Made by a program: the position numbers and the translations under genes
Part shown: in pieces, positions 49,430-61,276 of the stretch
Layout: each line of letters begins with the position of its first letter
Numbering within the stretch: position 1 is the first letter of the stretch
Notes under the pieces: model-generated
What the model was told of the DNA's origin: nothing
Database searches by the model: none
What the model saw: the letters and a program-made list of their open reading frames with translations, nothing else
NCBI GenBank assembly: GCA_038215615.1
Contig: JBBQQR010000002.1
Location: 81,743-145,742 of the forward strand
Length of the DNA: 64,000 bases
Reading direction: 5' to 3'
DNA from: Vulcanimicrobiales bacterium
Lineage (GTDB): Bacteria > Vulcanimicrobiota > Vulcanimicrobiia > Vulcanimicrobiales > Vulcanimicrobiaceae

Positions 49430-49439
49430 CGGCGCCGGA

Positions 49440-50999
49440 ATGCACGTGCAAGGCGAACGCCTAAAAACCGGGGCCGACGTCTCGACGAGCCTGCAACTCG
49501 CCGCCGACTTGGCGCGCCGCGCGCGCCGGGACGAAGCGCTGCAGCTTCTCGAGTACTGTGAAGATTGGCCGGCGCCATTCAACGAACAAGGCTTGCTTGT
49601 GCGCGCCGACGTGCTGTCGCGCCGCAGTCCTATCCTTGGACTGGAATCGCTCGCGCTTCACTCCGAAGACTTTAAGTCAGCCGAGGGACGCTTCGGCTAT
49701 CTGATCCTGTCGGCGTTCTCTTACGTCAACAACCGGAACTTCGATGGCGCGCGCGACATGCTCGCAAGCGCGCAAGATCTCGTCGAAGATCAATTGCCGC
49801 GCGCAGCGCGTCTGGGTTACGAACGCTCGCGCCTGCTTTGGGCTACGCGCCGTTACGATCCGCAAAGCGACGATATCGCGCTCGCAATGAGCGATCCCGA
49901 CGCGTTCGCGCAGTTCCGCGCGCTCGCGCTGCGTTCGTGGATGCATGCGGGTCTGGAAGACTATTCGGGGCAGATGCGCGACCTGCAGAACGCGTTCCGT
50001 TTGTTCGGGGAGTCGAAAGAGCAGTTTGACATTACGACGGTCGCGATCGCGCTGCACGGTCTGTTGCGGCTCGCGGTCGAGACCGGTGACAACGACGGCA
50101 TGCGCGTGGGCGAAGCAGCGTACGAGGCCATCGAATGGACGCCCGACATTGTGGACTTGCAGTTCATGTGCGTTCGCGCGCTGGCTTGGCATGCGTTCCA
50201 TCACGGCGATCCGGGACGCGCGCAGTGGCTGTTCAAAGATTCGAAAGCGCTCGCACCCACGCTGGCGTGGAAGGTCATGGCGCACATCGACCGCGCGTAC
50301 GTAGCGAAGATGAATCTCAACGAAGCGTGGGCGGCCGAGGAACTCGCGCTGGCAGACGCGCTGGCTTGCGAAGTGGAATGGGACGCCACGCACGGCGAGG
50401 AGCGTCAGGCGCTCGTGATGCTTGCGGAACTCTTCTCTTCGACCGATATGGCGCAGGCGCAGCGTTACGTATCCATCTACAGCTCGCTAGGCAAAGACAG
50501 CCTCGATCCGACGCTGTCCTCGGCTCACGACCGCCGCTCGATCGCTTATGAGAAATATGCTGCCGGTCGCGTGCAGGCGGTACTCGGAAACGTCAAGCTT
50601 GCCAAAGAGTCGCTGGAGTTTGCCTACGACGTCTTCGCACAGATCAAACATCCCTACCGGGCAGCGCTTGCGGCTGCAGCTCTCTTTGAGTTAACCGAAG
50701 ATCTGCAGTGGCTCGAAAAGGCGCGCGCGCAGGCGGGGCACTTTGCGAAGAGTCCTTTCTTCCGCCGGCTCTCCGAATTGGACAAGGTCGAGGAACAGCG
50801 CGTGCTCTCAGGCCTGACGCCGATGCAGCGGCAGATCGCGGTTGCGCTTTCGCAAGGCACCGAACTCGACGAACTTTCGCACCGATTCAGCCGCAGCAGA
50901 TTTACTCTCGAGAAACAGATCGAGATCATCTTTGCCGCTTTGGGCGTGGAGTCGCGTCACGCGCTTCGCGCCGAGTTACGGCAACGTAAGATGCTGTGA
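49440..50999 (+). CDS. TPR-like helical protein with C-terminal LuxR-type HTH
   Basis: All-helical body and C-terminal LTPMQRQIAVALSQG...IFAALGVESR. Confidence 0.75.
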   Translation: MHVQGERLKTGADVSTSLQLAADLARRARRDEALQLLEYCEDWPAPFNEQGLLVRADVLSRRSPILGLESLALHSEDFKSAEGRFGYLILSAFSYVNNRNFDGARDMLASAQDLVEDQLPRAARLGYERSRLLWATRRYDPQSDDIALAMSDPDAFAQFRALALRSWMHAGLEDYSGQMRDLQNAFRLFGESKEQFDITTVAIALHGLLRLAVETGDNDGMRVGEAAYEAIEWTPDIVDLQFMCVRALAWHAFHHGDPGRAQWLFKDSKALAPTLAWKVMAHIDRAYVAKMNLNEAWAAEELALADALACEVEWDATHGEERQALVMLAELFSSTDMAQAQRYVSIYSSLGKDSLDPTLSSAHDRRSIAYEKYAAGRVQAVLGNVKLAKESLEFAYDVFAQIKHPYRAALAAAALFELTEDLQWLEKARAQAGHFAKSPFFRRLSELDKVEEQRVLSGLTPMQRQIAVALSQGTELDELSHRFSRSRFTLEKQIEIIFAALGVESRHALRAELRQRKML

Positions 51000-53230
51000 A
51001 GCCCGCCGGGCAGGCGGGCCTCAACGCTCGTATCGTCATCCTGGGCGTGGTCGTCGCGCTCTGTTTTTTGGCGTTCTTTGTCGCTTCCACCGAACATTCC
51101 GAACCTCTGATCCTCGCGATCTACGCGGTGGCCGGCATCATCGCGGTCTGCGTTGCCGCCAAGCTTTTGGTCAGCGACGGCATCGCTTCGATCCGCGGAT
51201 TGACCGAACGCGGCTACAACGTGGTGGAAAGCATTCCCGACGGGTTTTTTATCATCGACAAAGACTGGCGCTTTTCGCACGTCAACGAGCGGGCCGAGGA
51301 GCTGCTGCGTAAGGACGCCAGCCAGCTTATCGGCGTCCGGGTCCAAGAAGTGCTGGATCCGCTGGCCTCCGATCTCGTGCCCGAAATGTTGAGCGTTCGC
51401 GGCCAGGGCGTTCCACTGGAACGGCTGCAGCACTTCCAGTCCACCGACCGGTGGATCGAGATTCGCATGCAGCCCGCGCGCGACGAACTCCTCGTGCATT
51501 TGCGCGACGTGACGGAGCGCAAGAACAGCGAATTGCTGTTGAAGACGAGTGCGAGTTTGCGGCTGTTGCTCGCGCAAATGCCGGCCGTGGTCTGGACGGT
51601 CGATAAAGATCTACGGCTTACGTCGATTCGTGGAGCTGCGGGGCAGCGGCTCTGCGCCGACGATCTGGTCGGCGAACCGTACGGTGCCAGCATCGACGAT
51701 CCGGATCAGCGCCGCGCGGCGCTGCTGGAGCTCCGGCGTGCGCTTGCCGGCGAGGCGGTGCGCTACGAGACGCGGCAAAACGGACGCTGGCTGCAGAACG
51801 ACGTCGAACCGCTGCGGGACGCTGAAGGCGTGCTCACCGGGGCGATCGGCGTGATGCTCGACGTCACCGACGTACGCGAGAGCGCCGAGCGTTTCTCGCG
51901 GCTCGCGCGTCAAGATGTCATGACGCAGCTGCCCAACCGGCTGGCGTTGGAAGAGTCGCTTTCCACCATTCTCGACGATGCGGCTGCGAAAAATGGGCCG
52001 GTCGCCGCGCTCTTCATCGACATCGACCGCTTTAAGACCATCAACGATACGCTCGGTCACCGGGTCGGTGACGAACTCTTGCGCGGCATTGCCATGCGTC
52101 TCCAAGAGCGCCTCATCAATCGCGCCGCGATCTTCCGTTCGGGCGGTGACGAATTCGTCGTCATTATCGACGGCATTGGCGATCAGCGCAGCGTCGTCTC
52201 GGTCGCTATGGGCGTGCTGGCCACTTTCCAAGAGCCCTTCGTTATCGACAGCCGCGAGCTGTTCGTCACGGCAAGCATCGGAACGAGTTTGTTCCCTCAA
52301 AATGCGCGCACCGCCGAAGAGCTGATCGCGTTTGCCGACTCCGCAATGTACAGTGCCAAAGAGGCCGGGCGCAACAACGTCAAGTCTTACGACGGCACGA
52401 TGCACGCGCACGTGCTCGAACGCATGAGTCTGGAACAAGATCTGCGGCAGGCGTTATCTCGCGGCGAGTTGCAGCTGCTCTTCCAGCCGATCGTCGACGT
52501 TTCGACGAAGCGCATTGTTACCGCCGAGGCGCTGGTGCGCTGGCAGCATCCGACGCTCGGCGAGCTGTTGCCCGAGGTCTTCATCCCGATCGCCGAAGAG
52601 AGCGGGACGATCGTTGAGATCAGCCGCTGGGTGCTCAAGCAAGCCTGCAGCACCGCCGCGCGCATCAGAGCGATGGCCGCGCCGGAGTTCCGGGTCTCGG
52701 TCAACCTTTCGCCGCGCGACTTCTACGAACAGGATTGCGCCGCCACAATCGGTGCGGTGCTCGCCGAAACCGGCCTCCCCGCGCGCGCGCTCGAGCTTGA
52801 AGTAACCGAAAACATCGTACTCAACGATCTCGCCGTCGCAACGCTGCTACGCATTCACGCGATGGGCGTGCAGATCGTCGTCGACGATTTCGGTAAAGGC
52901 TACAGCTCGCTCAGCTACATCAAACGCCTTCCGGTCCACGCCATCAAGATCGACAAAGGCTTCATCGACGACGTCACCCGCGACCCGTACGACCAAGGTA
53001 TCGTCAAGGCCATTGCGACGCTGGCGCAGACCCTCGGCCTGCGGGTCATCGCCGAGGGCATCGAAACCGAGTCCCAGTGGGAGTTTGTCCGCGGCCTTGG
53101 CTGCGACCAGGCTCAGGGCTACCTGTTCCACCACCCAATGCCCCGCGGCGACCTGATGGCCCGCATCGCCGAGCAAGAGTCGAAGTCCGGCGCCGGCCCC
53201 CGCGTCGTCCCGATAAACCGCGCTCTCTAG
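50996..53230 (+). CDS. Membrane PAS-PAS-GGDEF-EAL c-di-GMP enzyme
   Basis: Two TM, two PAS domains, DRFKTIND, GGDEF, EALVRW and DDFGKGYSSL. Confidence 0.95.
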   Translation: MKPAGQAGLNARIVILGVVVALCFLAFFVASTEHSEPLILAIYAVAGIIAVCVAAKLLVSDGIASIRGLTERGYNVVESIPDGFFIIDKDWRFSHVNERAEELLRKDASQLIGVRVQEVLDPLASDLVPEMLSVRGQGVPLERLQHFQSTDRWIEIRMQPARDELLVHLRDVTERKNSELLLKTSASLRLLLAQMPAVVWTVDKDLRLTSIRGAAGQRLCADDLVGEPYGASIDDPDQRRAALLELRRALAGEAVRYETRQNGRWLQNDVEPLRDAEGVLTGAIGVMLDVTDVRESAERFSRLARQDVMTQLPNRLALEESLSTILDDAAAKNGPVAALFIDIDRFKTINDTLGHRVGDELLRGIAMRLQERLINRAAIFRSGGDEFVVIIDGIGDQRSVVSVAMGVLATFQEPFVIDSRELFVTASIGTSLFPQNARTAEELIAFADSAMYSAKEAGRNNVKSYDGTMHAHVLERMSLEQDLRQALSRGELQLLFQPIVDVSTKRIVTAEALVRWQHPTLGELLPEVFIPIAEESGTIVEISRWVLKQACSTAARIRAMAAPEFRVSVNLSPRDFYEQDCAATIGAVLAETGLPARALELEVTENIVLNDLAVATLLRIHAMGVQIVVDDFGKGYSSLSYIKRLPVHAIKIDKGFIDDVTRDPYDQGIVKAIATLAQTLGLRVIAEGIETESQWEFVRGLGCDQAQGYLFHHPMPRGDLMARIAEQESKSGAGPRVVPINRAL

Positions 53231-53257
53231 CCTTTTCCCTCGCCGGCGGCCCGTTCT

Positions 53258-53321
53258 CTTGCACTCGACGCCCCACTCTGCTAAGATTTCGAGGCTGGCA
53301 GTCTCCGCTAGAGAGTGCTAG
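53258..53321 (+). promoter_or_regulatory. groES promoter (TTGCAC-N17-TAAGAT) with two CIRCE-like HrcA operators
   Basis: CTTGCACTC-N9-CTCTGCTAA (53258-53284) and CTGGCAGTC-N9-GAGTGCTAG (53295-53321), against the consensus TTAGCACTC-N9-GAGTGCTAA. Confidence 0.8.
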
Positions 53322-53366
53322 TCCCACTTCCACATTCTGGTCTACCATAAATTTTTGGAGGGTTTT

Positions 53367-53672
53367 GTGAATCTCAAGCCTTTGGGCGATCGCGTTGTTA
53401 TCGAAAACGTCGAGCAGCAGGACCGCAGCGCCGGCGGCGTCTTTCTCCCCGACACTGCCAAGGAGAAGCCGCAAGAGGGCATGGTCCGCGCCGTCGGGAC
53501 CGGTCGCACGCTCGACAACGGCACCAAAATCCCGATGGGTGTTAAAGTCGGCGACCGCGTGATCTATTCGAAATATTCCGGCTCCGAAGTAAAAATCGAC
53601 GGTAAAGATTACCTGATCGTCTCTGAAAAAGACGTGCTGGCAATCGTCGACAAAGTTCCGGCCGGCGTTTAA
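53367..53672 (+). CDS. groES: Co-chaperonin GroES
   Basis: LKPLGDRV and [11 protein letters not shown], with SD GGAGG. Confidence 0.98.
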   Translation: MNLKPLGDRVVIENVEQQDRSAGGVFLPDTAKEKPQEGMVRAVGTGRTLDNGTKIPMGVKVGDRVIYSKYSGSEVKIDGKDYLIVSEKDVLAIVDKVPAGV

Positions 53673-55349
<1,677 letters not shown>

Positions 55350-55395
55350 GCTCAACAGCTTCGGTCCGAGCTTATCTTCACTTGGCAACGTAACG

Positions 55396-55428
55396 AAAGG
55401 CCCGCGAATATCGCGGGCCTTTTTGTTT
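55396..55428 (+). terminator. Intrinsic terminator of groESL
   Basis: AAAGGCCCGCGA-ATA-TCGCGGGCCTTT followed by a T-rich run. Confidence 0.9.
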
Positions 55429-55460
55429 CGTGCGTTAGCGACGGTTACTGTTTTGGCGAA

Positions 55461-55514
55461 GATGAGGTTGGACCGAAACGCTAACTAGACTCTGCGTTTC
55501 GGGACAACCTCATC
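55461..55514. repeat. Long inverted repeat (19-bp stem with a 2x2 internal loop)
   Basis: GATGAGGTTG-GA-CCGAAACGC-N12-GCGTTTCGG-GA-CAACCTCATC. Confidence 0.85.
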
Positions 55515-55519
55515 GAGCA

Positions 55520-55966
55520 TCAAACGGTAGCGGTAGCCGTCCGTGCGCTCATCGCGCCGATGATCCATCCCATGACGGCCATCGCGACGATGACGAAACC
55601 GGCGTTGATAGCCCAAAGCCCGAACGCCAGGCCACCCCATACAACGCCCATCAGCGTCATCGACGCGTAGACGCCGATGCCGATAAAGAGGCCGAAGCCG
55701 AAGCCGCGGGCGGCGGGGTTGGGATCGGGGCGCATTGAGAGCGCGGTCCCGATGACGTACGCCAGGAACCAGCCCAATAGAAATGTCTCGACCAAGGGCC
55801 ACATCATGGCGCTGCCCGCCGGCATCGCCGGGGCCTTGCCGCCCATCATCGCGGCGACCTGGGCGGCGTACGTGGCGCCGAAGATAAGGGTGTACCAAAG
55901 GTAACTGATGAGGAAGAACGCTATCGCCGCGACCAGGGCGGCGAGATGGTTGACGCGTGAACTCAT
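55520..55966 (-). CDS. DUF1761-family membrane protein
   Basis: VNHLAALVAAIAFF...LWY...FG pattern, 4 TM, SD GGAGG. Confidence 0.8.
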   Translation of the reverse strand: MSSRVNHLAALVAAIAFFLISYLWYTLIFGATYAAQVAAMMGGKAPAMPAGSAMMWPLVETFLLGWFLAYVIGTALSMRPDPNPAARGFGFGLFIGIGVYASMTLMGVVWGGLAFGLWAINAGFVIVAMAVMGWIIGAMSARTATATV

Positions 55967-56095
55967 GAAGCCTCCAAAAGGCAAGCGATTACCGATCCCG
56001 TTCGCTTGCTTGGTTCGGTGCCCTGCCCGAAATGCGGGAAAGGTACAAGCAAGCTATAAAGCATCTGACCTTTCTTTTTGGAGGACAATATAAGC

Positions 56096-56578
56096 ATGAA
56101 ATTTCCCCGGACCATCTTGACCTGCGGCGTAGCGATCGTCGCGGCGGCCGCTTTAAGCGCCTGCGGATCGGGCACGACGACCACCACTACCACGGCCACT
56201 GCTGCGCCGGGCACGAGCGCTAAAATTTCGGGCGGTATGAAGACGGCAGTTGGCCGCACCGTGAAAATGGGCGCGCTGAACGGCTCCGGACAGACCGGAA
56301 CCGCGACCATCGTGACCAAGGGAACCGGCGTCATGGTAACCCTGACCGTCAGTAACGAACCCAAAGGCGCATCGGAACCGGCGCACATTCACGCGGGCAC
56401 CTGCTCGAAGTTGAACCCCGCGCCGTGGAAACCGCTGAGCAACGTTGTGAACGGCGTTTCGACGACGACCGTTCCGGGCGTGACCGTTGCTGCAATGACC
56501 GGCAGCGCGAAGTACGCGATCAACGTGCACAAGAGCATGGCGATGCTCAAGGTGTACGTCTCTTGCGGCGGCATTTAA
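56096..56578 (+). CDS. Lipoprotein with CHRD/Cu-Zn-SOD-like His/Cys motifs
   Basis: Lipobox LSAC, Thr linker, PAHIHAGTC, INVH and VSCG. Confidence 0.7.
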   Translation: MKFPRTILTCGVAIVAAAALSACGSGTTTTTTTATAAPGTSAKISGGMKTAVGRTVKMGALNGSGQTGTATIVTKGTGVMVTLTVSNEPKGASEPAHIHAGTCSKLNPAPWKPLSNVVNGVSTTTVPGVTVAAMTGSAKYAINVHKSMAMLKVYVSCGGI

Positions 56579-56602
56579 GCCTAAAGACTTAGTCGATCCG
56601 TC

Positions 56603-56635
56603 AGGAGGGCGCGCGAGCGCCCTCCTTGTTTTTTT
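56603..56635 (+). terminator. Intrinsic terminator
   Basis: AGGAGGGCGC-GCGA-GCGCCCTCCT followed by a T-run. Confidence 0.88.
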
Positions 56636-56682
56636 CGCCGGGCGCTGTATAGCTGTATAATAGAAGGCGGAGGCTAGTACCT

Positions 56683-57069
56683 ATGTCGATGAGGTTCACT
56701 CTCGCCTTGGCTGCGGCGCTTTTGCTTGCGGCCTCAATCACGTTGCCGGCTTTAGGGGCGGGCTCGGCCGACTTCGCGGCCGCCGTCAAAAATATGCCGG
56801 CAGAGTCTGATAAGTTCCGTTCGATGATGAGCAACTTGAGCGTTGCGCAGTTTCACTTCGTGAACGTGGGTGATGTGGATCCGGCCACGCTTCGGAGAAA
56901 CGCATCGGCGATTGCCGATTTGCGCGATACGCTCGGACACGCAACCCTGCTGGACAACCAAGGCGTCGTGGTACCGCTGCGCAGAGTGCTGCTGAGCAAG
57001 AACCTGACGGTCGATCAGATCGTTGGAATCTCCATCGGCGGCTCGCAGATCACGCTGTTTTACCGGTAG
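56683..57069 (+). CDS. Secreted hypothetical protein
   Basis: TATAAT and SD GGAGG upstream, plus a signal peptide. Confidence 0.7.
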   Translation: MSMRFTLALAAALLLAASITLPALGAGSADFAAAVKNMPAESDKFRSMMSNLSVAQFHFVNVGDVDPATLRRNASAIADLRDTLGHATLLDNQGVVVPLRRVLLSKNLTVDQIVGISIGGSQITLFYR

Positions 57070-58378
57070 CGGCGAGTCGCTTCGAGCGCAGGAACAGATA
57101 ATAGGACGGCACGGCGACGGCGAAGACCGCAAACGTTACCGCGGCGCCCTGCCACGATGCCGCGTAACTGGTCACCGCTATGCCGAGCGCGATGATCAAG
57201 AATAGGCCCGTCGTGTATGGGTGAAATGGAACGCAGAACGGGACGATCTTGCCGCGATCGCGCGCGCGGAAGATAAAAACCGCGGCCGCTGCGAGCGCGA
57301 AAAACAAGAAGTCGACACCGATCACGTAGTTGATGATCCCGGCATACCCTTTCCAGAACGTGATGACGATCGCGATCAGCCCTTGCAAGGCGATGGCGAC
57401 GACCGGAACACGCGACCGGGGATGCACCCATGCAATCACTTTGAAAAAGAGGCCGTCGGCGGCCATCGCGTGATAGACGCGCGGCGACGTAAGAATCTGA
57501 TTGCTCAAAAAGCCGAGCGTCGAAAGCGAAATGATCGCGGCCATGAGTTGCGCGCCGCGCGTTCCGATGAAAGCGCGAGCTACCTCCGAAGCGGGTGCGT
57601 CGGTATGCATCAAACCATTCGATCCCAAAACGCGCAGGCAGACGACGTTAACCAGCAAGTACAGCGCGATCACGCCGCCCACTCCCCACAGTAAGCCGCG
57701 CGGCAGCGTGCGCGCCGGATCTTTGAGTTCGCCGCTCATGAAGCTCGCGGTTTGCCATCCGCTGTACGCGAACATGACCTGCACCATGGCGACGGCCATG
57801 AGTGCGAAGAGACCCATCGTCGTCGCAGTGCTTGGCGTGTGCACGGCCGCAGAGGGCAGCGGATGCGCGAACAGGCCGAACCCGATCAGCAGCGCGATGG
57901 CCGAGATTTTCAAAACCATGAACACGTTTTGTAGATTTCCACCCTGGCGTACGCCTAGGCAGTTAACGATCGTAAAGACGGCAAGCACGACAAATGCCAG
58001 CAGCGGTTCACTTACCTGCTGCCCGGTTAGCACCGGATAATACGCCGCGAAGGTGAGCGCCGCGGCGGCCATTCCGCCGCTTTGTGAGATCAGCAGCAGT
58101 GTCCAGCCGTACATGAAAGCGACCAGCGGATGGAAAGCGTCCCGCAGATACGCGTAAAAGCCGCCGTCGTGCGGACGCCGCGCCGCCAGTTCTGCAATGA
58201 CGAACGCGCCGAGAATCGAGACGGCTCCACCGGCAATCCAAACGCCGAGGATCGCGCTCGGAATCCAAACGATTTTGGCGACGACCGATGGGTTGCGGAA
58301 GATGCCCGAGCCGATAATGCCGCCCATGACGATGAGCGCGGCGTCGAACGGTCCCAGCCGCCTGGCTAGCTTAGTCAG
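57050..58378 (-). CDS. APC-family amino acid permease (apparent CTG start)
   Basis: LARRLGPFDAALIVMGGIIGSGIF, GGFYAYL and FAYSGW. An in-frame TGA at 58384-58382 bounds the ORF. Confidence 0.92.
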   Translation of the reverse strand: MTKLARRLGPFDAALIVMGGIIGSGIFRNPSVVAKIVWIPSAILGVWIAGGAVSILGAFVIAELAARRPHDGGFYAYLRDAFHPLVAFMYGWTLLLISQSGGMAAAALTFAAYYPVLTGQQVSEPLLAFVVLAVFTIVNCLGVRQGGNLQNVFMVLKISAIALLIGFGLFAHPLPSAAVHTPSTATTMGLFALMAVAMVQVMFAYSGWQTASFMSGELKDPARTLPRGLLWGVGGVIALYLLVNVVCLRVLGSNGLMHTDAPASEVARAFIGTRGAQLMAAIISLSTLGFLSNQILTSPRVYHAMAADGLFFKVIAWVHPRSRVPVVAIALQGLIAIVITFWKGYAGIINYVIGVDFLFFALAAAAVFIFRARDRGKIVPFCVPFHPYTTGLFLIIALGIAVTSYAASWQGAAVTFAVFAVAVPSYYLFLRSKRLAATGKTA

Positions 58379-58472
58379 AGGTCACCTCGCTATTGCGGCA
58401 GGAGGACAACTGCGAATGCGAGGATGCTTTGGACCCGAATCCTCAGCGCCCCTTGGAGAGTTATAGGTAGCA

Positions 58473-58847
58473 ATGGATTGGATGTGCGGATGGCAGCCAA
58501 ACGTCGATGTGGTGATCGACGAAGGCTCGCGCACGCTCGTCGTTCGGGCCGAACTCGCGGGCGCCGACAGTGAAAGTTTGCGAATCTATTTGGACGACCA
58601 GCGGCTCTATATTTCGGGCCGCCGCGCCAAGACTGCGCGTCTGCGCGGCGGATCGTTTGTGCAAAAAGAGATCGCGGACGGCGATTTCGTAAAAAGCATT
58701 CGCTTGCCCGTTGCGGTTGCGCAGCAAGAGATTACGGGATCTTATGAGGACGGCATGCTGACGATCGCGCTCCCGATTTCCGCGGACGAATACATTCCGG
58801 CGACGCGCACCGAAATCCGGATGGTTGTGAAGCGGGTGCTCGCGTAA
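58473..58847 (+). CDS. Hsp20/alpha-crystallin small heat-shock protein
   Basis: PNVDV, AELAG, F.KSIRLP and YEDGMLTIALP. Stop overlaps the lon start. Confidence 0.88.
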   Translation: MDWMCGWQPNVDVVIDEGSRTLVVRAELAGADSESLRIYLDDQRLYISGRRAKTARLRGGSFVQKEIADGDFVKSIRLPVAVAQQEITGSYEDGMLTIALPISADEYIPATRTEIRMVVKRVLA

Positions 58848-61270
58848 TGCCCGAAATCGGACTTCTGCCGCTGCAAGACGCGGTGCTTTTTCCGAACACG
58901 GTTATTCCGCTGGCCGTCGTGAAGCGTCCCGGCATTCAATTGGTCGAAGAAGCCTTGCGAGAAGGCAAGTCGATCGGGCTCACGCTGCTGACAAATCGCG
59001 ACATCGAAAATCCCGGCCCCGACGACGTACACCGCATCGGGACGATCGGCACCGTGCAAAAAATGCTGAAAGTGCCCGATGGCACGCTGCGCTGCATCGT
59101 GGCCGGTCAAAGCGTCTTCAAAATCGAGAAGTTCACTTCCGCCGATCCGTACATGGTCGCGGCCTATGCGGAACTACCCGACGTCACGAGCGCCTCCGAC
59201 GAACTCGTGGCGATGCAGCGTAACCTCGCAACGCTGTTCCAAAAACTGCTGGGCTATTTGCCGCAAGCTCCGCGCGAAATGGAGATGGAAGTCCAGAACA
59301 TCTCCGACCCGAACTTGCTCACGTACTTCGTCGCATCGACGATGCGTCTCGATACCGCCGATCGCCAGGCAGTGCTCGAAGAGCGCAACACCGAGAAACG
59401 GATGCGCAAGCTCACGATGCTTCTTACCAAGGAGCTCGAGGTCGTCGAGCTGGGACACAAGATTCAGTCCGATATCCAGCGCGAGATGGAGAAAAACCAG
59501 CGCGAGTTCTACTTGCGCCAACAATTGAGGGCGATTCAAGAAGAATTGGGCGAGGTCGATCCGCAGCTGGCCGAAGCCAACGAACTGCGCCAAAAAATCG
59601 AAGAAGCGAAGATGCCCGAAGACGCGCGCAAAGCCGCCGACCGGGAACTCGACCGCATCTCTAAAGTGCCGCAAGCCTCACCGGAGTACAGCGTCATTCG
59701 CACGTACTTGGATTGGCTCGTGCAGCTGCCGTGGGGCCAGGAGACCACCGATCACTTCGACATCAAACGCGCGCGCCGGATTCTCGACGAAGATCATTAC
59801 GATCTCGACAAAATCAAAGACCGCATCATCGAATATTTGGCGGTTGGCAAATTGAAGAAACGATTGACCGGTCCGATTCTCTGCTTCGTCGGGCCGCCCG
59901 GTACGGGCAAGACCTCGCTCGGGCAATCGATCGCGCGCGCAATGGGACGCAAGTTCGCGCGGCTTTCCGTCGGCGGCGTGCGCGATGAAGCCGAAATTCG
60001 CGGTCACCGCCGTACGTACATCGGCGCGATGCCGGGGACGATCGTGCGCGCGATCCGCGATGCAGGCACGCGCAATCCGGTTATGATGATCGACGAGATC
60101 GACAAGGTCGGCGCGGACTTCCGGGGCGATCCGCAGTCGGCGCTGCTAGAAGTACTGGACCCGGAGCAGAATAACACGTTCCGCGATCACTACCTCGATC
60201 TGCCCTTCGACCTTTCGCAAGTGCTCTTCGTCTGCACGGCCAACAGTTTGGATACGATCAGCCCGCCGTTGCGCGATCGCATGGAAATCATCCAGCTCTC
60301 CGGGTACACCGAGCTGGAAAAACTTCAGATCGCCAAGCGCTATCTTGTTCCCAAGCAGCGCAAAGCCAACGGATTAAAAGATTCGCAGGCGCAGATCAAC
60401 GATGCGGCGCTGCGATCGATCATCGTTGACTACACGCGCGAAGCCGGCGTTCGCAACCTCGAACGCGAGATCGGCACGACGTTTCGCAAAATTGCGCGCA
60501 AGATCGCCGAGTCGCCGCGATACAAGGGCCGCATCAAAGTCGACAGCCTGGTGGGATATCTCAACAAGCCGCTTTTTTACAACGAGGTCAAGAAGCGCGT
60601 CGCATCGGTAGGCGTCGCGACCGGAATGTTCTACACGCCTGTCGGCGGAGATATTCTGTTCATTGAGACGACTGCGATGCCGGGAACCGGAAAGTTGGTG
60701 CTCACCGGCCAACTCGGCGACGTCATGAAAGAGAGCGCGCAGGCTGCCGTCTCATTCCTGCGCGCGCGCTCCGCGGAGATGGGCTTGCCCGACGACTACT
60801 TCGCCAAACACGACCTGCACATTCACGTGCCGACGGGCGCCGTACCGAAAGACGGTCCGTCTGCCGGCGTCGCCTTGGCCACTGCGATTGCATCGCTGCT
60901 CACCGGAATCAAAGTGGATCCGGACGTTGCCATGACCGGCGAGATAACGCTCACCGGCCAAGTGCTCCCAATCGGCGGCCTCAAGGAAAAGGTGCTCGGT
61001 GCCAAACGCGCGGGCATTCGCAAGATCATCATGCCCACGCGCAACGAGATCGATCTCGACGACATCCCCAAAGAAGTGCGCGATACGATGACATTCGTGC
61101 CTGTCGAAGAGCTTTCCGAGGTGCTGCAGCACGCGCTGGGCAAGCGCATCATCACGCCGGTCGAGCTCGGCGCATCGCCGGCGCGCGCAAGCAATGTCGT
61201 TCCGATGCGCCGCAGCGCCATAAAGCGCGTTCGCAACGGCGAACGCAAACGCTCGCGCACGCGGCGCTAA
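58847..61270 (+). CDS. lon: ATP-dependent protease La
   Basis: [21 protein letters not shown] and IGGLKEK. Confidence 0.98.
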   Translation: MPEIGLLPLQDAVLFPNTVIPLAVVKRPGIQLVEEALREGKSIGLTLLTNRDIENPGPDDVHRIGTIGTVQKMLKVPDGTLRCIVAGQSVFKIEKFTSADPYMVAAYAELPDVTSASDELVAMQRNLATLFQKLLGYLPQAPREMEMEVQNISDPNLLTYFVASTMRLDTADRQAVLEERNTEKRMRKLTMLLTKELEVVELGHKIQSDIQREMEKNQREFYLRQQLRAIQEELGEVDPQLAEANELRQKIEEAKMPEDARKAADRELDRISKVPQASPEYSVIRTYLDWLVQLPWGQETTDHFDIKRARRILDEDHYDLDKIKDRIIEYLAVGKLKKRLTGPILCFVGPPGTGKTSLGQSIARAMGRKFARLSVGGVRDEAEIRGHRRTYIGAMPGTIVRAIRDAGTRNPVMMIDEIDKVGADFRGDPQSALLEVLDPEQNNTFRDHYLDLPFDLSQVLFVCTANSLDTISPPLRDRMEIIQLSGYTELEKLQIAKRYLVPKQRKANGLKDSQAQINDAALRSIIVDYTREAGVRNLEREIGTTFRKIARKIAESPRYKGRIKVDSLVGYLNKPLFYNEVKKRVASVGVATGMFYTPVGGDILFIETTAMPGTGKLVLTGQLGDVMKESAQAAVSFLRARSAEMGLPDDYFAKHDLHIHVPTGAVPKDGPSAGVALATAIASLLTGIKVDPDVAMTGEITLTGQVLPIGGLKEKVLGAKRAGIRKIIMPTRNEIDLDDIPKEVRDTMTFVPVEELSEVLQHALGKRIITPVELGASPARASNVVPMRRSAIKRVRNGERKRSRTRR

Positions 61271-61276
61271 GCCAGC

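Noticed and set aside
55434..55485. Hammerhead-ribozyme-like pattern GATGAG...CGAAAC with a flanking stem
   Set aside because: The core reads AAGATGA rather than CTGANGA, the U of the cleavage triplet is missing, and there is no credible stem I.
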